Both the position numbers and the translations under genes were made by a program. A stretch of 64,000 bases of DNA from Mobula birostris (taxonomy: Eukaryota), in the NCBI RefSeq assembly GCF_030028105.1, contig NC_092374.1, positions 178,894,057-178,958,056 of the forward strand, given 5' to 3'. Below are positions 24,741-37,789 of the stretch, piece by piece. The stretch's first letter is position 1, and each line of letters starts with the position of its first letter. Under the pieces are notes generated by a model. That model was not told the DNA's origin. It did not search any database and saw only the letters and a program-made list of their open reading frames with translations.

Positions 24741-26833
24741 TTCTCCACTGCAGTTGGTAGCCATAAGTGACAGATAGATGCGCAAGGCATTTTCTACATT
24801 TGGAAAACATGACTCCAAAGAATTGTCAGTTATCAAACAGTACAACTGTAACTCTACAAGGTCTTGTTTGGTGCCAATATGAGAAGCAAGATCAGTTTTC
24901 AAGATCAGTTCAGTAAACTGCATAAATTCTTCATCAAGAATTTCTTCCAGATCTTCTGGATATGATTTAATAAGATTTGATGACCTTTTTTACAATCTCT
25001 TCAGGTGTAAATGACTGTAACTGATGAAGGAATCCAAAAACACCATTCACCTTTAGATCAGCTTTCTGCCTTTTTGACAGGGCGGAAAGTAAGCTGTCAA
25101 TAATGGCAAGAAATGTTCGGCTTTTAAAATTCTGAGAAGGTGTTTGAGATTCAACAAGTGGATCCAGAGTGCTGGAACCACTGAAATCATCACATGCGTG
25201 ATTTTGCTTGTGTTTTCTTTGAGTTTGCTGTTGATAATCTTCACTCTTAGTCAGATCGTTGGCTTTTTGCTCAATGTCTGAAAAAGTAGACTGCATAGCT
25301 TGAATATATCCATGCAAGGATTCATAGAGTGCACAAGCTGTGTTCAAGTCTTGGCCAGAAGATTGCAAAGCACTGGTCATTTGAAAACACTGTAATACTT
25401 GATCCCACAATATGACCATTATTCCTGTTTCCAACTTCATCATGGTGGAAAGTAGACCACGAGCCTGTTGTCGACACTCTGCCTTCTGATCATTGTTATT
25501 TGAAATGTCATCCAAGACTTGTTTTATTGCAGAAAAGCTGTGTAAAAGTGCCTTTGTTGCATCTGCATGAGCTGACCACCTGGTATCTGACATTCTTTTC
25601 ACAATGGGCAAATGAGCACCACCATCAGATAATGCAGCAGAAAGGAGATCCCACCGATAAGTAGAAGCATAAAAAAATGTGTACAGGCTTTCTACAAATT
25701 GGAAGAAAATTAATGTTTCTTGACAACATTCAGCAGCATATTTTCCAACCAAGTTTAGTGAATGTGCAAAACATGGAATGTAATCTGCAATCTCATTCAG
25801 CTCTTTAATTCGTGCTTGTAACTCATGTTGCTGGCATTGTGATAACTTTGGCCATGGAGTCTTTTATATCAATGTCATTTTCCTTTAAAAAGTCAAGTAA
25901 ACTTTGAGCAAGCTGTTCAGCACTATGACCTGCCACATCCAAAATCTTCACAAATCTTTCAACTGGTCCAGATGGCAAAACATAGCGCACAGTCAAAGTC
26001 AGCTGGTCCACATTAGATATATCTGGAGTAGAATCCAATGAAACAGAATAATACTTGTATTTCTTCACTTCACCAATATTGTGATCCAGTATGCTGGATC
26101 CAATCAGATTGATGAATTCCTCACATGCTGTTTTAGATAGGTATGATTTATGTCCCCTTCCTTTGTATTGCATGAGCATTTATATCCTCTGCCAAAAAAG
26201 GGTCAAACTTGGCCGGTAATTCAAACAACCCCAAGTAATTTCCATTATGAGGAGAGCCAACAGTTTCATCACTACCACGAAATGAAAGGCCTCGTTCTGT
26301 TAAAAACTTTACAACTTTAATTATTTGCTCTAGAAGTGTGTGCCAATACTTTTGTTCAGTCTCCATTTCTTTCACAAGGTGGGGACCAACATGTTTAGCG
26401 ACACAAAACTCACAGTCTAATCTGATCGTGTATGTTCCTGAGCTGGTTCGGACTACCTAAAATCAGGAAAAAAATGAGGAATCATGAACTGGGTCACATA
26501 AAACTGTTGAGTTGCACATTCTTTGTTGCAGGCTCACCGTGGTGGCGCATCCTCCAGCGGCGTAACAGCGCAGGCTGCAGCAGCTTGAGAGCATGGGAGA
26601 TAGCACAAAGGTCACCACAACACAGCAAGGAGCCAACACAAGCCTGCACACACATACCATGCAGCGTGCTGCTCCCCCGACATGAAAACAACAGCGTTGC
26701 CAGATCATTGTGAGAATACGGTGAGAGATGCCGTTTTCACCAGACTGCAACTTGCAAGCATTTAGTGCGGGGCCCTCGAAACTGCGGTGCCCGTAGCATA
26801 TGCTGCTTTTGCTATTAGGTTAATCTGGCCCTG
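24741..26833 (-). mobile_element. Second hAT transposon (ZMYM1-like transposase), N-terminus deleted and 3' end lost
   Basis: ORFs FLTERGLSFRGSDE..GNYLGL, YYSVSLDSTPDISNVDQL, SDTRWS and FPNVENALRIYLSLMATNCSGER (cut by the PLE). Terminus CAGGGCCAGATTAA at 26833. Confidence 0.9.
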
Positions 26834-27378
26834 ATTATCTGGATTCCAAATCCGCTTGTTGCCAAACCACTTCAAAGAGAAATGCATCTTCCCTCTTTGA
26901 AAATTCTATACCTCTCATAATTTTATGTACACAAAGTAAATTGCTCTTCAGTGTCCAAAGGAACCCTTGTCTCTCCTCAGCACTATAATTCTTTAGCCCC
27001 AGCAACATTTTCTTTAATCTCGTTTTCTCTCTGGTAGTGTGATGTCCAGAACTTCACACAGTGTTCCATCTGTGGTCTCACTGATGTTTCAGATTGTCCC
27101 ACCATGCTTCTGTATGCTACACCTTAATCAATAAATGCATGTACCTCATATATAGAAACCCCATTATTCTGGGGTTAGCATTCCTAGGAAATGGTCCTTA
27201 TCGTGATTTTCCACAACACAAAGCTGGATTATTTATATGTGCATCAAGAAACAAGTGCTGAAAAAGAAAGTTGTGCTTATTGCTTTTTTCACATTAATCC
27301 TATGAGACCAAATTGTATTCCGTATATTGGATTTTTGGGTAATAATTTGTGAGGGTAAATTTTCTTTACCCAAGTGAC

Positions 27379-28066
27379 TGTAACATGGAAGTTCCTGTGC
27401 CTACTGTTGGCCAGAAAGAACTACAATCTACAAATCAGTGAACAGGTATGAGGCAATGACGGTGGAAACAGATAAAGCAAAAGTCTTTGTTCTCGTCATG
27501 TGGTTGCAAGAATGGAGGTGGCCATTTTGTAAGACTGTTCTTGCAGCTGCCATTTTGTGGACTGTTTGGTGAACTGGTTCTTGCTCAGGGATAACTTAAT
27601 CAGAGGAATTGAAAATGGACACGATGAATATTTGGCTGATCTGCTAAACTGAGACCACTTTCAGATGAGAAGCTCTTTATTATGTAAAACTGCAAGCTTG
27701 CAGAAGGAGCAGCCTGTAATCTGGTCATCTAGGCCCAGTGTTTGTCTGACTTGGATGGACTGGTTTGAACCAGTCTGCTCTGGAAATAATAAAAGAAATT
27801 ACCTATGGCTCAAGTCTGAGGGAAACAGCCACAAAGCAATACTGCTTGCAGCCTAAGGCCACATCCAATGAGAAGGTGTCAGATGAGTTTGAACCAATGA
27901 AATTGAAACATCATAGATTGATCTGATAAGGATAAGAGTGAAGAATTTTGGGAGCACAGCTCTATGGAGACCAACTGTTGCATGGCCCCAAATCAGAAAC
28001 ATGAAGATCACATCAGAATCAAGATGAATGCCTGGCCAGCAGAGATGCCTCTTCCCAGGCATTACA
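27379..28066 (+). mobile_element. Possible decayed LTR-like segment
   Basis: Begins TGTAACA, ends ATTACA, with an internal AATAAAA at about 27790. No matching TSD was found. Confidence 0.3.
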
Positions 28067-31000
28067 TTTTCTCTTTGACTGTTTACGGAGGGTTATGGAT
28101 ACTGATAGGTGTACAAACAAGTATTTAGTTTATAATTTCACATGTACATTAGTTGAGACAGCAGATGTAGTTGTAAGCAAATATAGATTCTCTCTGTGCC
28201 TAATTGATCATTATTATTGAAGAAAAATGGTTGTAACACTACATAACCTTCATGTGTCCCTCTCCCACTACCTTGACGGATATCTGGATATGGCAGTCCA
28301 ATGTTTCTCTGTGCCACTTTGCATCCTCCATTTATCCGAAGTGCTTTTGCACTCCATTAACTACCCTGCGCTAAATTCTGTCTCTCACATTTCAGAGAAT
28401 CATACAAACATAAACAGGTCCTTCGGCCATGCCAAACATCAACTTCCCATTTTCCACTGCCCATATACCCATCATCTGCCCCTGCCTACACTAACGGGTA
28501 ATTTACATTGCCCAGTTAATCTACCAAATTGCAAGTCTTTGGATGTGGGAGAAGACAGGAACACCTGGGAAGACCCACATGGGCACAGTGATAACATGAA
28601 ATTTTTACACCGACAGTGTCAGAAGTCAGGATTGGACTCTAGGCCACTGCAAAACTGGTGGCTCTACCAGCTCTGCTAAAGGTTCCTTCTCGTGACATTG
28701 AACTTTCACCCTCACTATCAACCATATTGCTACTTTTGATATCACTGGGAAACTTAACAGTGGCTCTGACATTAATATCTACCATGAAAAACAGGGGAAT
28801 TAATAGCCTGGTGCACCAAGTCCTCCCGCAGCTAAAGTATTGCCTTTTGCTCTCTCTCTGTGAGCCAATTTTTCATCTGACATTATACTTTTCTTGAAAC
28901 CTCTGCTCTACTACTTCCTGATCTATCTGCCAAATGCCTTCCCAAAAATCTCATAGACTACATCAAATACACCACTGTCATCACCTTCAAAGAATCTTTA
29001 AATTCTGCAATCGTTCGTGCAGATTAGAGAATAACAAACATAAATGGAAGGAGAGAGCATGACTACAGCTTGTTAGCCCAATGTCACAGAAGGAAAATGC
29101 TGGAATCTATACTGAATCCCAAGTTAACATAAAGCTTGAAAGGAATATTAGAACTGAGCAGAGTCAGGGTGGATTTGGAAGGGAGAATCAATTTTGACTA
29201 ACCCGTTGGAGTCCTTTAAGATACCACTAGTAGAGTAGAGAAGGGAGAACCAACGGATATGATCTATTTAGGAATATCATACAGCTCTCAATGAGGTTGT
29301 ACACAAGATCACTTTTTATATGAGGGATATAGATAGGGTGAATGTTTGCAGGCTTTCTGCACTCAGATTGTGTGAGACTAGAAACATAGAAAACCTCCAG
29401 CACAATACAGGCCCTTCAGCCCACAAAGCTGTGCTGAACATGTCCTCACCTTAGAACTACCAAGACTTACTCATAGTCCTCTATTTTTCTAAGCGCCATG
29501 TATCCATCTGTGAGGATCTTAAGAGACCCTATCATTTCCGCCTCCACCACAGCCGCCGGAAGCCCATTCCACACACTTACCACTCTCTGCATAAAAAGCT
29601 TACCCCTGATATCTCCTCTGTACCTACTTCTAAGCAGCTTAAAAATATGCCCTCTTGTGCTAGCCATTTCAGCCCTGGGAAAAAGCCTCTGAGTATCCAC
29701 ACGATCAATGCCTCTCATTATTTTGTACACCTCTATCAGGTTACTTCTCATCCTCTGTCGCTCCAAGGAGAAAAAGTTGAGTTCACTCGACCTATTCTCA
29801 TGAGGCATGCTCCCCAATTCAGGCAACATCCTTGTAAATCTCCTCTGCACCCTTTCTATGGTTTTCACATTCTTCCTGTAGTGAGCGACCAGAGTTGAGC
29901 ACAGTACTCTAAGTGGGGACTGATCAGAGTCCTATATAGGTGCAACATTACCTCTCGGCTCCTAAAATCAATCCTGCGATTGATGAAGGCCAATACCCCA
30001 TGTGCCTTCTTAACTACAGAGTCAACCTGCGTAGCAGCTTTGAGTGTCCTCTGGACTTGGACCCCAAGATCCCTCTGATCCTCCACACTGCCTAGAGTCT
30101 TACCATTAATACTATATTCTGCCATCATATTTGAGCCACCTCACACTTATCTGAGTTGAGCTCCATCTGTTACTTTTCAGCCCAGTTCTGGATCCTATCA
30201 ATGTCCCGCTGTAACCTCTGACAGGCCTCCACACCATCCACAACACCCCCAACCTTTGTGTCATCAGCAGATTGACTAACCCATGCCTCCACTTCCTCAT
30301 CCAGGTCATTTATAAAACTCACAAAGGTAGGGGTCCCAGAACAGATCCCTGAGGCACACCACTGGTCATCGGCCTCCATACAGAATATGACCTGTCTACA
30401 ACCACTCCTTACCTTCTGTGGGAAAGCCAGTTCTGGATCCACAAAGCGATGTCCTCTTGGATCCCATGCCTGCTTACTTTCTCAATAAGCCTTGCATGGG
30501 GTACCTTATCAAATGCCTTGCTAAAATCCATACACACTACATCGATGGTTCTACCTTCATCAATGTGTTTAGTCACATCCTCAAAAAATTCAATCAGGCT
30601 CGGAAGGCATGACTTGCCTTTGACAAAGCCAATGCTGACTATTCCTAATCATATTATGCCTCTCCAAATGTTCATAAATTCTGCCTCTCAGGATCTTCTC
30701 CATCAACTAACCAACCACTGAAGTAAGACCCACTGGCCTATAATTTTGCTGGGCTATCCTTACTCCCTTTCTTGAATACTGGAACAACATCCGCAACCCT
30801 CCAATCCTCCGGAACCTCTCCCGTCCTCATTGATGAAGCGAAGATCATCCCCAGGACCTCAGCAATCTCCTCCCTCGCTTCCCTCAGTAGCCTGGGGTAC
30901 ATCCCGTCTGGTCTTGGTGAATTATCCAAATTCATGCTTTCCAAGATCTCCAGCACAACCTCTTCCTTAATAGCTACATGCTCAAGCTTTTCAGTCCGTT

Positions 31001-31074
31001 GCTAGTCATCCCTACAATCACCGAGATTCTTTTCCACAGTGAGTACCGAAGCAAAGTATTCATTAAGTACTTCT

Positions 31075-32866
31075 CAAACAACAGGAATTCTGCAGATGCT
31101 GGAAATTCAAGCAACAGACACCAAAGTTGCTGGTGAACGCAGCAGGCCAGGCAGCATCTCTAGGAAGAGGTACAGCCGACGTTTCAGGCCGAGACCCTTC
31201 ATCAGGACTAACTGAAAGAAGAGTTAGTAAGAGATTTGAAAGTGGGAGGAGGAGGGGGAGATCGAAAATGATAGGAGAAGACAGGAGGGGGAGGGATGGA
31301 GCCAAGAGCTGGACAGGTGATTGGCAAAGGGGATATGAGAGGATCATGGGACAGGAGGCCCCGGGGAGAAAGACAAGGTGGGGGAAAATGCAGAGGATGG
31401 GCAAGGGGTATAGTCAGAGGGACAGAGGGAGAAAAAGGAGAGTGAGAGAAAGAATGTGTGTATAAAAATAAATAACGGATGGGGTACGAGGGGGAGGTGG
31501 GGCATTAGTGGAAGTTAGAGAAGTTGATGTTCATGCCATCAGGTTGGAGGCTACCCAGACGGAATATAAGGTGTTGTTCCTCCAACCTGAGTGTGGCTTC
31601 ATCTTTACAGTAGGCTGTGGATAGACATGTCAGAATGGGAATGGGATGTGGGATTAAAATGTGTGGCCACTGGGAGATCCTGCTTTCACTGGCAGACAGA
31701 GCGTAGGTGTTCAGCAAAGCGGTCTCACAGTCTGCATCGGGTCTCGCCAATATATAAAAGGCCACATCGGGAGCACCGGACGCAGTATATCACCCCAGCC
31801 GACTCACAGGCGAAGTGTTGCCTCACCTGGAAGGACTGTCTGGGGCCCTGAATGGTGGTAAGGGAGGAAGTGTAAGGGCATGTGTGGCACTTGTTCCACT
31901 TACAAGGATAAGTGCCAGGAGGGAGATCAGTGGGGAGGGATGGGGGGAATGAATGGACAAGGGAGTCGCGTAGAGAGTGATCCCTGCGGAAAGCAGAGGG
32001 GTGGGGGGAGGGAAAGATATGCTTAGTGGTGGGATCCCATTGGAGGTGGCGGAAGTTACAGAGAATAATATGTTGGACCCCGAGGCTGGTGGGGTGGTAG
32101 GTGAGGACCAGGGGAATCCTATTCCTAGTGGGGTGGCGGGAGAATGGAGTGAGAGCAGATGTACGTGAAATAGGAGAGATGCATTTGAGAGCAGAGTTGA
32201 TAGCGGAGGAAGGGAAGCCCCTTTCTTTAAAAAAGGAGGACATCTCCCTCGTCCTGGAATGAAAAGCCTCATCCTGAGAGCAGATGCGGTGAAGACGGAG
32301 GAATTGTGAGAAGGGGATGGCATTTTTGCAAGAGACAGGTTGAGAAGAGGAATAGTCCAGATAGCTGTGAGAGTCAGTAGGCTTATAGTAGACATCAGTG
32401 GATAAGCTGTCTCCAGAGACAGAGACAGAAAGATCTAGAAAGGAGAGGGAGGTGTCGGAAATGGACCAGGTAAACTTGAGGGCAGGGTGAAAGTTGGAGG
32501 CAAAGTTAATAAAGTCAACGAGCTCAGCATGTGTGCAGGAAGCAGCGCCAATGCAGTCGTCGATGTAGCGAAGGAAAAGTGGGGGACAGATACCAGAATA
32601 GGCATGGAACATAGATTGTTCCACAAAGCCAACAAAAAGGCAGGCATAGCTAGGACCCATACGGGTGCCCATAGCTACACCTTTAGTCTGGAGGAAGTGA
32701 GAGGAGCCAAAGGAGAAATTATTAAGAGTAAGGACTAATTCCGCTAGACGGAGCAGAGTGGTGGTAGAGGGGAACTGATTAGGTCTGGAATCCAAAAAGA
32801 AGCGTAGAGCTTTGAGACCTTCCTGATGGGGGATGGAAGTACATCGGGACTGGACATCCAGACCAG
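31075..32866 (-). mobile_element. Penelope-like element (RT plus GIY-YIG), 5'-truncated, 12-bp TSD
   Basis: 397-aa ORF with GVAMGT..GPSYACLFVG, LRYIDD and VIYCVRCSRCGLLYIGET (stop TGA where G is expected). TTAAGTACTTCT at 31063-31074 and 32867-32878. Removing it rejoins CR1 AEVLN-EYFAS. Confidence 0.95.
31174..31209 (-). ncRNA. Minimal type-I hammerhead ribozyme motif in the PLE pLTR, intact core
   Basis: Minus strand agtc CTGATGA a gggtctcggcct GAAAC GTC ggct. Confidence 0.82.
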
Positions 32867-35289
32867 TTAAGTACTTCTGCCATCTCTTCCGGTTCCATAC
32901 ACACTTTTCCACTGTCACACTTGATTGGTCCTATTCTCTGATGTCTTATCCTCTTGCTTTTTGCATACTTGTAGAATGCCTTGGGGTTTTCCTTAATCCT
33001 TCTCATGGTCCCTTCTGGCTCTCATAATTTCATTCTTAAGCTCCTTCCTGCTAGCCTTATAGTCTTCTAGATCGCTATCATTACCTAGATTTTTGAACTT
33101 TTCATAAGCTCTTCTTTGCTTCTTGACTAGATTTAGAACAGCCTTTATACACCATGGTTCCTGTACCCTACCATCCCTTCCCTGTCTCATTGGGACTTAC
33201 TTGCAGAACCCCACACAAATATCCCCTGAACATTTGCCATATTTCTTCCCTACGTTTCCCTGAGAATATCTGTTTCCAATTTATGCTTCCATGTTTCTGC
33301 TTGATAGCCTCATATTTTCCCTTACTCCAATTAAACGTTTCCCTAATTTGTCTATCCCTCTCCAAAGCTATGGTAAAGGAGATAGAATTGTGATCACTAT
33401 CTCCAGAATGATCCCCGACCGAGAGACCTGACACCTGACCAGGTTCATTTCCCAATACCAGATCACGTACAGCCTCTCCTCTTGTAGGCTTATCAACATA
33501 TTGTATCAAGAAACCTTCCTGAACACGCCTAACAAACTCCACCACATCTAAACCCTTCCCAATCAATATTTGGGAAATTAAAATCTCCCATCGCAACAAC
33601 GCTGTTATTATTACTCCTTTCCAGAATCTGTCTCCTTATCTGCTCCTCGATGTCCCTGTTTCTATTGGGCGGCCTATAAAAAACACGCAGTGAAGTTATT
33701 CACCCCTTCCTATTCCTAACTTCCACCCACAGAGACTCCGTAGACAACCCCTCCATGACTTCCTCCTTTTCTGCAGCCTTGACACTATCTCTAATCAACA
33801 GTGCCACACCCATCTCTTTTGCCTCCCTCCCTATCCTTTCTGAAACATCTAAAGTCTGGCACTTGAAGTAGCCATTCCTGCCCCTGCACCATCCAAGTCT
33901 CTGTAATGGCCACAACATCATAGCACCAAGTGCTGATGCATGCTCTAAGCTCAACCGCTTTGTTTAAAACTCCTTGCATTAAAATAGACACATCTCAAAC
34001 CATTGGACTGGGTGCATCCCTTCTCTTTCACCTGCTTATCCTCCCTTTTACACTGTCTCCAAGCTTTCTCCATTTGTGAGCCAACCTCCCTTTCCTCCAT
34101 CACCTCAGTTCGTTCCCCCCCCCCAGTAATTCTAGTTTAAACTCTCCCCAATAGCCTTAGCAAACCTCCCAGCCAGGATATTGGTCCCCCTCAGAATCAA
34201 GTGCAACCTGTCCTTTTTGTACAGATCACACCTGCCCCAGAAGAGGTCCCAATGATCCAGAAATCTGAATCCCTGCCTCCTGCTCCAATCCCTCAGCCTC
34301 GCATTTATCCTCCATCTCCTTCTATTCATATTCTCACTGTCACGTGGTCCAGGCAGTAGTCCTGAAATTACTACCTTTGAGGTTCTGCTTCTCAACTTCC
34401 TTCCTAACTCCCTGTAGTTTGCTTTCAGGAGCTCCGCCCTTTTCCTACCTATGTCGTCAGTACCAATATGTACCACGACCTCTGGCTCGTCTCCTTCCCA
34501 CTTCAAGGTATCGTGGACGTGACCAGAAACATCCTGGACCCTGGCATCTGGGAGGCAAACTACCATTTGTGTTCCTTTGCTGCGTCCACAGAATCGCCTG
34601 TCTGACCCCCTAACCACAGAGACCCCCTAACTACTACCATCTCCTTCCTTTCCCTACCCTTCTAAGCTACAGGGCCAGACTCTGTGCCAGAGCCGCAACC
34701 ACTGTTGCTTTCCCCTGGTTGGCCATCTCCCCCAACAGTACTCAATCAGGAGTAGTTATTGTTAAGGGGGACAGCCACTGGGGTACTCTCTAGCACCTGC
34801 TTCTTGCCCTTCCCTCTCCTGACTGTTACCCACTTATCTGTCTCCCCAGGCCTCAGACCTATAGCTCCTCTCTGTCACCTCCTCAGTCTCCCTGACCAGA
34901 CGAAGGTCACCGAGCTGCATCTCTAGCTCCCTAACGCAGTCCCTAAGGAGCTGCAGCTCGACACACCTGGTGCAGATGTGGCCATCTGGGAGGCTGGGAG
35001 TCTCCAGGACCTCCCACATCTGACACCAAGCACAGAAAACTAGAACTGGAAGTTTAAGGGTTGGAGTGAATGGCAAAATATTTAATGCAAATCAAAGGGG
35101 GAAATTCTTCAATCAGAGGGTAGTGAGAGTGTGGAATGAGCTGCCAGTGGAAATGGTAGATGTGATCAGTTGTAACATACTGTATAAGCAGTTAATACTG
35201 GTAGGACAGGACACTTCGAGAGAGAGGAAACTAGTTCTGCCATTCCTTAGATGGAACACTAACAGTATGTCTACAGCATGTAGGTTATT

Positions 35290-35540
35290 GTTTTTTATAG
35301 GCATCCGTTAGTCTCGAGAGACCATGGATTTGCGCCTTGGAAAGTTTCCAGGGTGCAGGCCTGGGCAAGGTTGTATGGAAGACCGGCAGTTACCCATGCT
35401 GCAAGTCTCCCCTCTCCACGCCACTGATGTTGTCCAAGTGAAGGGCAAGGGCCGATACAGCTTGGCACCGGTGTTGTCGCAGAACAATGTGTGGTTAAGT
35501 GCCTTGCTCAGGCTATTGAATTTAATAATATTATGGAAAC
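35290..35540 (-). mobile_element. SINE or RTE-related fragment
   Basis: Contains gtggttaagtgccttgctca, shared with the tRNA-headed SINE at 45080-45335(-). The family assignment is tentative. Confidence 0.5.
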
Positions 35541-35849
35541 CAATCGTAATCCAGGTACAGCCTGTATTTGGTTGTTGCACAGTAGTATATTAAGTTTACT
35601 CGGAAACTGAGTGCAGGAAAAGGGGTCACAGTGTCTATGAAAGGAACATGGGAAACAGAGACCCAGTATGGAAACTGAGCCCTGCTGAGCCAGTTGCTGT
35701 ACCATTACAGTTTCTGATCAATTGGACACTAAATTATTGGAGTTTTACTGCATTGAGAGTCCATTTGATTACAGGAGTAAGGAAATGTGATGGCATTTGC
35801 TACTCCTGGACCTAATGTTCTCTAGGTAACCTTGTGAATTAACTTGATT

Positions 35850-37080
35850 GAGTTAATCAATTAACCTCCTCATCTCTAAATGAAAGTTATTACTGGTTGA
35901 AGATTTTTCAATGTCAGTGTTGTTAACATAGAACTTTACAGCACAGTGAAGGTCTTTTGAATCAAGATATTGTACCAACCTTTCAGCCACTCTAAGATCA
36001 ATCAAACCCTTCCCTCCCATGTAGCCCACTATTTTTCTATTATCCATGTGTCTTTGTAACAGTCTCTTAAATATCCTTAATGTATCTGTCTCTACCACCA
36101 CTCCTGGCATCATGTTCCATGTACACATCACTCTTTGTGTCATAAACCTGTTCTGACAACCCTCCCCCTCCCCCATACTTTCCAACAATCACCTTAAAAT
36201 CATGCCCGTTCATATTAGCCATTGCTGCCTTGGGAAAAAGTCTCTGCCTGTCTACTCTATCTATCCCTCTTAACATCTTGCACACACCCATCAAATCACT
36301 TTTCAATAGACAGTAGATGCAGGAGTAGGCTATTTGGCCCTTCCAGCCAGCACTGCCATTCACTGTGATCATCCACAATCGCTACCCTGTCCCTGCCTTC
36401 TCCCTATATCCCCTGACTCCACTATCTTTAAGAGCTCTATTTAACTTTCTTGAAAGCATCCAGAGAATTGGCCTCCACTGCCTTCTGAGGCAGAGCATTC
36501 CACAGCATTCTCACCCTCCTACACTCACTGACCTCCAGGCAGGATATGTTCCATCTACAACCAACCTCTGCCTTCTATGTGCAAACCACTTCTGAATCCA
36601 CATGGAGAGGTTTCCCTGGATCCCATGACTCCCGACTTTCTGAATGGGCCTACCATTGGGAAGCTTATCAAATGCCTTACTAAAATTCATATACACCACA
36701 TCCAGCGCTCTCCCTTCATCAACCTGTTTTGAAACATCCTCAAATAATTCAGTGAGGCTCGTGGGACATAATCTGTGCCTCTCAGAGTCATGCTGACCAT
36801 CCCTGATCAGAGTATGCTTCTCCAAATGCTTGCATTGGAAAAGATCCTTTCCAATAATTTGCCGCCAGTGAAATGAGACTTACTGGTCTATAATTTCCAG
36901 GGTTATCCCCACTCCCTTTGTTGAACAAAGGAATAATATTTGCCACCCTCCAATCATCTGAAACTATTCCTGAGGATAGTGAGGATGCAAAGATTATTAC
37001 TAAAGAACATTAATCTTTTCACTCACTTCCTGTAGTAAACTGGGATATAGCCTCTGTCGAGCCAATTTAGCTGGATTTCT
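35850..37080 (-). mobile_element. Decayed CR1 fragments
   Basis: ORFs LIRDGQH..VVYMNFSKAFDKLP and RFMTQRVMCTWN. Confidence 0.85.
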
Positions 37081-37789
37081 CTTACATATTGGCAGTAAGG
37101 ACATTATGAGCTAAACTGACTGCTTCCATGCTGTAACCATTTTCTGGTTCTAAACTACTGATTGCCCCACTTTTGTGTTCACATATAAACCTAATCTCAA
37201 GATGAGCATTCATTAGCAACCAAATCTATTATTCTGTAAGTACTCTGAGTTTACATTTAGAAATTAGACCTTGGTAGGGGAACTTTCCAGTGACTTTAGT
37301 TCCCTTCTTAATTCTCTTGACATGTTTGCAGCTGCTGTCGCACGACTAACTGAATGACTTTGGGAAAGGGAAAATACATGTACGCCTTTGGCTTGACTGT
37401 TACTGATTTATTTAGCACAGACATTAAACATGTGGGCTGCTTTTAATGTTGCACAATTTACTCAGATACTGAGTATTTCAAGTTAATCAGGTACTAGAAT
37501 AAAGTTAAATTTTGGTTACGAAGCAGCATCGAGCGTGTGGGCTTTGATATCAAAATATCAGTTTTACCCTTGCTGAACAGCTGTTGCTGTCAGACATTTT
37601 AATATTTTTGGCACTGCAGATACTGAATGTGTCATTTACCTTGTGTACAGCTTTTATAAGTTATGCTCAGTTGTGCGCTAAATTTGATTTTTGTCCTGCT
37701 CCTAATTTTGCACCAAAGGTTTGCTGCAGAGCCCTAAACCTTGCTAAACATAGAAACAAAGATGTGAGGTGCAAATCCATGAGGACAAG

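Larger units (their letters stand above)
29379..35040 (-). mobile_element. Near-full-length decayed CR1 LINE (ORF1 zinc finger plus SGNH esterase; ORF2 APE-RT), interrupted by a PLE
   Basis: ORF1: CAWCQMWEV..ICTRCVELQLLRDCVRELE (34834-35076) and VVVHIGTDDIG..KVVISGLLP (34132-34617). ORF2: YDVVAITETW, PTRGEAVRDLVLGN, NPKAFYKY, SPRPDGMYPRLL, FADD-like. Tail tagaaacatagaaa at 29379. Confidence 0.92.

Noticed and set aside
35290-35540. Possible HDV-like ribozyme in the RTE-related fragment
   Set aside because: A CTAA J4/2-like stretch is present, but I could not build P1/P2 pairings by eye. It would need an RNAbob search.
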